DNA of 56,438 nt from a virus (lineage: Duplodnaviria > Caudoviricetes). The translations under genes were made by a program, and so were the position numbers. Shown in pieces: positions 50,539 through 56,438 of this stretch (positions are counted from its first letter, which is position 1; each line of letters begins with the position of its first letter). The notes under the pieces were generated by a model. It made no database searches. It was not told the origin of the DNA and saw only the letters and a list, made by a program, of their open reading frames with translations. The DNA is taken from the IMG/VR virus record IMGVR_UViG_3300046170_000155, positions 1-56,438 of that record; one strand, 5' to 3'.

Positions 50539-51371
50539 TGTCTTATTATTTAGTAGATAACGAAAACCCTAACGCAAAGATACGCGATAACGGTAAAAAG
50601 GGACAATACTATCCAACACGCTCAAAAAAGATTCAAGGTATCGTAGTGCATACTGCTGAAGGTGGTAAAAAAGCAATAAACATTGCGAAGTACTTGTCAA
50701 CTACTGACAGAACAGCATCTGCTCATGTGGTAATTGATGATAAAGAGATAGTTGATTTGGTTCCAGACGACTTTACCGCATTTCATTGCAGGGGCTCTAA
50801 TAGCAAATCTCTAGGTTTAGAGATGGCTTATTTTGCTCATAAGTGGGGTGAAGACCCAGAATTTGAAGAAGCTTGTATAGCTTTGTCAGCAAGCTGGTGT
50901 GCAGAAAAAGCAAAACTGTATGATATTCCAATGAAGAGAGTTACTCTTGAAGAATGGGAAGCCGGTAAAAAAGGTTTTATATCTCATGCAGAATGCGACC
51001 CAACAAGAAGAACAGACCCAGGTCCAAACTTTGATTGGGATAAGTTCTTTGCTTACATGCAAGGTTCTGTTGATGATTATGATACAGAATTTGAAGAAGT
51101 AGTAGTAGAAAAAAAAGAAACACAAGTTTACGATTTCTCTGTAGTGCCAAAATGGCCAGGTAGAGTGTTTAAAAGAAACAGTCCACTAATCAGAGGAGAA
51201 GATGTCAAACAATGGCAAAATGCTGTTGGAGGACTTAGCGGAGATGGTGTTTTTGGAGGCAAGTCCGAAACGGCTTGTATTAACTTCCAAAAAGAACATG
51301 GATTAAAAGTTGATGGAGTAGTCGGCAAAATAACATGGGACACTACCTTTGCTTATCAGAAAAATAGTTAG
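50538..51371 (+). CDS. Endolysin: N-acetylmuramoyl-L-alanine amidase plus peptidoglycan-binding domain
   Basis: IVVHTAE, ASAH, AFHC, SLGLE, SHAE...TDPGPNFDW; G.DVK.WQ...DGVFG..ET...FQ...GL.VDGVVG. Confidence 0.95.
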   Translation: MSYYLVDNENPNAKIRDNGKKGQYYPTRSKKIQGIVVHTAEGGKKAINIAKYLSTTDRTASAHVVIDDKEIVDLVPDDFTAFHCRGSNSKSLGLEMAYFAHKWGEDPEFEEACIALSASWCAEKAKLYDIPMKRVTLEEWEAGKKGFISHAECDPTRRTDPGPNFDWDKFFAYMQGSVDDYDTEFEEVVVEKKETQVYDFSVVPKWPGRVFKRNSPLIRGEDVKQWQNAVGGLSGDGVFGGKSETACINFQKEHGLKVDGVVGKITWDTTFAYQKNS

Positions 51372-51380
51372 GAGATTATT

Positions 51381-51620
51381 TTGGCAAAAGCTAAAAAGAA
51401 ATCAATTAAGAATAGCTACTGGAAAGATGTAGCGATTAGAGCTATAAGAACTGCTGTGCAAGTATTTGCAGGCGTACTTATGGCTAATCAAGCAGGAATG
51501 TTTGAAGCAGATGTTTTGATGGCTGGCTTAATAGCCGGAGCATCAGCCCTTGTTGCTGTCATCCAAAACGCATTGGAAGACGCACCATTTGACTTTATGT
51601 CAAAGATACCAAAGGGTTAA
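51381..51620 (+). CDS. Holin (r1t-like)
   Basis: WKD.A.RAIRT.VQ plus two hydrophobic helices; RBS AGGAG; follows endolysin. Confidence 0.8.
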   Translation: MAKAKKKSIKNSYWKDVAIRAIRTAVQVFAGVLMANQAGMFEADVLMAGLIAGASALVAVIQNALEDAPFDFMSKIPKG

Positions 51621-51650
51621 TTTCTCACAAGAGAAAAGAAGCGCGGACTC

Positions 51651-51680
51651 CGGGGCGGTATTACCGCCTCGTTGTCATTT
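51651..51680 (+). terminator. GC-rich hairpin after holin, probable terminator
   Basis: CGGGGCGG-TATTA-CCGCCTCG then TTGTCATTT. Confidence 0.6.
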
Positions 51681-51698
51681 ATGGGATAAAATATATTG

Positions 51699-51800
51699 AT
51701 GAGAAAAAAAAGAACAAATACAATGCCTAAACAAATTTATCCTAATCTAAACAGAAAGCAAAGAAGAGCTTTAGCTGCAAGTTTAGGAAAAGATAAATAA
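51699..51800 (+). CDS. 33-aa basic peptide with NRKQRR motif
   Basis: ATG 6 nt after TAAAAT; stop overlaps the nuclease ATG. Confidence 0.5.
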   Translation: MRKKRTNTMPKQIYPNLNRKQRRALAASLGKDK

Positions 51801-52129
51801 TGTTTTATTATAAAGTAGAAGTTTTAAGAATAGTAGATGGAGATACTGTAGATGTCAGAATGGATTTGGGTTTTAATGTGTGGCATAAATGTCGTGTACG
51901 ACTCTTGGGCATTAATGCTCCGGAATCACGAACAAGAGATTTGGAAGAGAAAGCAAGAGGGTTGGCTGCGAAGCAATGGCTCATTGATAAATTAGATTCT
52001 AAACCTGTAGAAATGCAATCTCACGGCACCGGCAAGTATGGTCGAGTACTTGGTGAACTTTTTGTAGAAGGTGTAAACATAAATCAACTTATGATTAAAG
52101 AAGGACACGCCGTAGAATATAACGGCTGA
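51800..52129 (+). CDS. Thermonuclease (SNase-like)
   Basis: IVDGDTV, RVRLLGINAPE, GKYGRVLG, IN..MIKEG.A. Confidence 0.93.
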   Translation: MFYYKVEVLRIVDGDTVDVRMDLGFNVWHKCRVRLLGINAPESRTRDLEEKARGLAAKQWLIDKLDSKPVEMQSHGTGKYGRVLGELFVEGVNINQLMIKEGHAVEYNG

Positions 52130-52220
52130 AACAAAGATTTAACATCTATAAACCACTATTAAGAAATTATAATGATACTATGTATCTCTTATGTATGATT
52201 TACAAAGTTATTTAGGAAAG

Positions 52221-52370
52221 ATGTCAGCTGGAATGGTTAGCTCTAATAAGTTAAACCAAGCTAAGTATGGCAAGCCTAAGAAAAAAAGAAGAAATAAAGT
52301 TTCGTCACAAGCAAACTTTCATCAACAATACCATATTAATTGGGAAATTACAGAAGACGATTTGCCTTAA
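52221..52370 (+). CDS. 49-aa basic hypothetical protein
   Basis: MSAGMVSSNKLNQAKYGKPKKKRR...; AGGA upstream. Confidence 0.45.
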   Translation: MSAGMVSSNKLNQAKYGKPKKKRRNKVSSQANFHQQYHINWEITEDDLP

Positions 52371-52407
52371 AAAGTTATGATATAATGTTCTCTGATTAGG
52401 AGAAACA

Positions 52408-55267
52408 ATACAAAAAATACAAACAGCTTTACGGCTATTAGTAGTATTACTACTTATATATCCAATGCCTATTGCTATGGGTGCAGAAGTAACAGTCAGT
52501 GAAAATTTTAATGATTTAACTTATCAAGCAGGTTTAACTATTAGTGGTGGTAGTCAAGCTGCATATATTTATGCAGGCGAACAAGATAGGTATGGAACGA
52601 CAGGTAGTTCATTAGGAATTACAAGTGGCACTTATACTTTTGAATTTTCTAGTGACATTGATGTATATGAAGTAGGTTTTGTTGTAGGTGCAGTAAATTA
52701 TGCTTGGTCTATTAAGTGGTATTACGCTGATGGAACAGATGAAACTGTAAGTAAGAACGCACAAAACAACCAAAACTTAGATACTATGTATGAAACTATC
52801 TACAAGTCATACACTGATTACAATGCTGTAGCAGAAAACACAGATAAATTTATTACAAAGTTTGAAGTTATATTATCTGATTTATCTTTACTAGATACTT
52901 TATATTGGCAATATGATGACTCAACTTCTACTGGTAGCTTTGCTACTACGACTACTACAACATTAGCTAGTGGAATAGGTGACCCAACTAATCTAACCAC
53001 TTCTGCAAACTTACACAGTGGAGCAATAAGCATTGATTGGGATGCAGCTACAGGATATCAATATGATGCAGAACGCTACGCTGTAGCTTTTAGTAATGAT
53101 AACTTCCAAAGTATGAACTACGCAGTAGCAACAGGTAATGTAGGTGGTGCTAATGCTCTAAATACAGAATATACATTTACTAAAACATATTTAGATTCAG
53201 AGTTTGATGTAGGCGATACTATTTACTTTAAAGTAAGAGCAGACAATGATACCAACTCTCAATACTCTAACTGGACTGCTGTAGCTAGTTATGTAATACA
53301 AGATGTAGCAGCAGGGGTTACTAATTTAACTATAGAAAATACTGAGTATCAAGGATTAAAATTTACTTGGACAAATCCGGGAACAGGTTGGTCAAGTCCT
53401 ACAAGTTACAAAATAGAATACAGTGATGGAGATAACACTTGGAATTATGATGACGATGATGTTTACAGTCAAAATATAACAGATGCAAGTCTTACAACTT
53501 ATAATCTTGAATCTATAACAGCAGGAACTTATTGGTTTAGTTTTTATGCTTGCACACAAAATGGTAGCTGGTGTCATGGGAATCAAGGAACTAGTCCTGT
53601 TCAAATAACAGTTAATGCTACTACTCCTACAACTACAACAACTATTCCTGCGTTCTTAGGACCTCCAATGAATACAGCAGTAACTCAAGAATACAATGTA
53701 GGTGTAAAGGTAGATTGGGATGAAGCAAATACAGGAACTCTAACTGCTGAAACTTATGAACTGTACTATAGAACAAGTGCTGAAAATGAAATAATAGTTT
53801 ATAACATAACGGAAACCGAATATACTATTCCTTATGCAAGCATTACTAATGGAACTTGGGAATTTTCAGTTAGAGGTTATAGCTCTGATGATAATGCTTA
53901 TAGTGCTTTTTCTACCGAACCGACACTAACTGTCTTTAATCAAAAAGCTAAAGACGATGCAGATGCGGCTGCTCAAGCAGCTTATGAAGCCGAACAAGCT
54001 CGTATCGCTGAGGAAAATCGTATTGCCGCAGAGAAAGCTGAGGAAGCTCGTAAGGCAGAAGAAGCTCGTAAGGCTGAGGAGGCTCGCATAGCTCAAGAAA
54101 AAGCTGAAGAAGAGGCTCGTATTGAAGCAGAGCGTATTGCAGAAGAAGAGCGTTTAGCTGAAGAAGAGCGTCTCCGTTTAGAAGAAGAAGCTAGAATCCA
54201 AGCTGAGTTAGCAGAGTTAGCTCGTATTGAAGCTGAAGAAGAAGCTAAAATACAAAAAGAATTAGAACAATCTATACTTAAAGATGTAGATACTGATAAT
54301 TTATCTGACGATGAAAAAAAAGATTTAAAAGTATTAGTTGATACAATACAAGAGTTACAAGAAACATTAGAGGTTATAGAAGTTGAAGAAGAAGTTTTTG
54401 AGTTTAAAGAAGTTATTATTGTTGCTCCTACTACTACGAGCACCACGACTACAACCTATACCTATCATCGAAGATTTTGCAGATGAAGAAGTTGACGAGA
54501 TACTTGAGGTTGAGCCACTTCCTAGTGATAAGGGAGACGAAGAGGTACAACTCACTGAAGAAGAAGTAGAAATTTTAGTTGAGGAAACTGAAGAAGCTAT
54601 TGCAGAAGTTGTTACTATTGAGATAGTAGAAGAAGAACCTATCGATACCGAAGGTTTGACAGAGGAGGAAGTTTTTGAAGCAGAAGAAAAAGCAGACGAA
54701 GAGCTTACAGAAAAAGTCGAGGCAGCCGTTGCAGAATTACCTACAGAAGAAAAGGTTAAAGTTGTCCAAGCAGTTGCAGAAACCAAGATACAAAACCTAG
54801 GTAATGCAGATAAGACTACACAGAAGATAGTCCAAGCTGTTGTTAAAGAAGTTACCAAAGTAGAAACTGTAGCTGAACTAACTGAGGAAGAAAAAACTGA
54901 GGTAGGTCAAGTACTAGGTTTCACAGAAGAAGAAGCCTCAGAAGACCTTACAATCATTGCAGAACAAGCTGCGACAGATGAAAATACAGCACAAGCATTA
55001 GATGAATTTGTTGAAAGGTCAATTGCTAGTTCCGATGTAGAAGAGTTTACACTTGCTGATGTCGTTACTGAGGTACAAATAGAAGCATTTCTAGAAAACC
55101 CCGTTCAACAGATTTTTGATGTAAACTTAGTAGAGTTGGATATCAGTACTATTGGACAAGACATGACCAGTGACCAAAGGGAAAAGGCACAGGAAGTAGT
55201 CGTCCCAGTAATCATTGCGTCTCAGATAATTGCACAAGCGGGTGCATTAATGACTAGGAGATTTTAA
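52408..55267 (+). CDS. Large exported Fn3-domain protein with helical stalk and C-terminal hydrophobic segment; indel ~54454
   Basis: RBS AGGAG then in-frame ATA yields signal peptide ..KIQTALRLLVVLLLIYPMPIAMG; three Fn3-like units; poly-Thr linkers; EEARIAEE repeats; C-terminal VVVPVIIASQIIAQ. Confidence 0.75.
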
Positions 55268-55531
55268 ATGATTAAGAAATTAATAAAGTTTTTATATAAG
55301 GTATTAGGCATTCCTTTTGAATTAATAAAATATGTCATATCAGTAAAGAATCTTAAGTTTATTGGTAAATGGGTAATAGACGCTATTAAAGAATCTATTG
55401 CACAGATTTTTACCATTTTAGGTTTCTTTATCGCATGGTTTACACTTACAGGTTCTGCACAGGACATTGTAGGTATTGCAATACTTGTATCCGTAACAGT
55501 ATGGTTACTTACTATATACATAAGAGACTAA
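55268..55531 (+). CDS. Small membrane protein (2 TM)
   Basis: IFTILGFFIAWFTL, IVGIAILVSVTVWLL; RBS AGGAG. Confidence 0.8.
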   Translation: MIKKLIKFLYKVLGIPFELIKYVISVKNLKFIGKWVIDAIKESIAQIFTILGFFIAWFTLTGSAQDIVGIAILVSVTVWLLTIYIRD

Positions 55532-55794
55532 TGCCAGCTAAAGCAACAAAATTTCAAAAGATTAAGATTATTATAGCGCGGATGCTTGCTGTGTTTATAG
55601 CTAACGGTCTTGCAGTAATAGGCGCTGGTTCGCTTATAGGCGTGGACACAGTAAGTTCCGTACTCTTAGCAGGTAGCTTAGGAGTTATTAAGGTAGCTGA
55701 ATCCTTAGCTAGAGCATATATAGACGATGGTAAAATAACATTAGAAGAGATAAACGAATCCTTTGCTATAATGGATAAACCAAAGAAAAAATAA
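55531..55794 (+). CDS. Small membrane protein with EF-hand-like DDGKITLEEI tail
   Basis: Start ATG 55531 coupled by TAATG; RMLAVF.A.GL.VIGAGSLIG. Confidence 0.75.
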   Translation: MPAKATKFQKIKIIIARMLAVFIANGLAVIGAGSLIGVDTVSSVLLAGSLGVIKVAESLARAYIDDGKITLEEINESFAIMDKPKKK

Positions 55795-55885
55795 TTATGT
55801 GTAAAATTTATAAAAAATCTGACCAAAGTTATGTACAAATATGTAATTGTAAATATGGCTCAGAATACTGTGTTGGGAAAATCTA

Positions 55886-56077
55886 ATGCCGAGTAGCACT
55901 AATAATAACGGCTTAACACAAAAGGAAATGCTACTGATGGTTTTAGAAGGACAAGATAAACTCAATGAGCGTATTGACTCGCTCCACGAAAAAGTCAACG
56001 CAAAGATTTCAAGACAGGAACTCGCAGGATGGGTTGTCGTTGTAGGCACACTCTCCGCACTCTCAACACAAATGTAA
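55886..56077 (+). CDS. Small coiled-coil/membrane protein
   Basis: GLTQKEML..VL.GQ.K...RID.LHEKVN.K plus hydrophobic end. Confidence 0.7.
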   Translation: MPSSTNNNGLTQKEMLLMVLEGQDKLNERIDSLHEKVNAKISRQELAGWVVVVGTLSALSTQM

Positions 56078-56101
56078 TCAGTCGCCTCGAAAGGAGGTAT
56101 C

Positions 56102-56242
56102 ATGACAGAAATCATATTAGTACTTACAGTCTCACTTATATCTATTGGTGTATTGGTTTGGCTAGCAGTACTTTCCACGAGATTAATAAAAGAATTTATA
56201 CCAATAGTACAGGAGATTTTAGATGAGAAAAAAAGTCAATAG
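56102..56242 (+). CDS. 46-aa membrane peptide
   Basis: RBS AGGAGG; MTEIILVLTVSLISIGVLVWLAVL. Confidence 0.65.
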   Translation: MTEIILVLTVSLISIGVLVWLAVLSTRLIKEFIPIVQEILDEKKSQ

Positions 56243-56363
56243 ATGTGATGAGTGTAAGGAACCACTCAAAAACATACAAACAAATCAATGGATGTGCCAA
56301 CAAAGTCCTACTAAATGTAAACAATCAACAAAAGTTTTGTTTATACACGAAGAAGAAGAATGA
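56223..56363 (+). CDS. 46-aa Cys4 peptide
   Basis: RBS AGGAG; CDEC...WMC......C. Confidence 0.55.
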   Translation: MRKKVNRCDECKEPLKNIQTNQWMCQQSPTKCKQSTKVLFIHEEEE

Positions 56364-56438
56364 TTGAATGGATTTATATAATATTGTGTATTGGGTTGCT
56401 TTATGTAGCCTCTTTTATTGGTTCTCGAAAGAATTAAG

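Noticed and set aside
1761-56178. Numerous minus-strand and nested ORFs in the ORF track (e.g. 6003-6704, 3218-3691, 28767-29237, 54367-54858)
   Set aside because: Antisense or off-frame shadows of well-supported + strand genes, with no motifs.
1-56438. CRISPR array, tRNA, rRNA, integrase or transposase
   Set aside because: No repeat-spacer periodicity, cloverleaf or catalytic motifs recognised; repeats seen are protein-coding.

Overview
AT-rich tailed-phage DNA (siphovirus type, HK97-fold head). Almost every gene is on the + strand, in the order packaging, head, neck/tail, tape measure, tail tip, a ~20 kb host-recognition island, lysis, and membrane/surface genes. An actinobacterial host is inferred from the tail chaperone motif, r1t-like holin, amidase endolysin and many leaderless promoters; low GC suggests a streamlined aquatic lineage such as Actinomarinales. 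Several genes (mainly 4.0-12.4 kb, also ~30.46 and ~54.45 kb) are broken by single-base indels that look like long-read errors and were rejoined by eye. Most notable: (1) promoter-driven structured small RNAs around a palindromic divergent promoter upstream of the packaging genes; (2) a portal apparently extended by a ~400+ aa multi-domain tail with Lys|small-residue junctions resembling prohead-protease sites; (3) an HTH/Zn-FmdB-degenerate AIPR insert in the neck module; (4) a hierarchical fibre/adhesin cassette system with shared N-terminal motifs, a putative copper site, four paralogous enzyme-like genes and a halogenase-like gene; (5) a large signal-peptide Fn3 surface protein that appears to start at ATA. 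All family calls come from motif recognition only; no searches were run.
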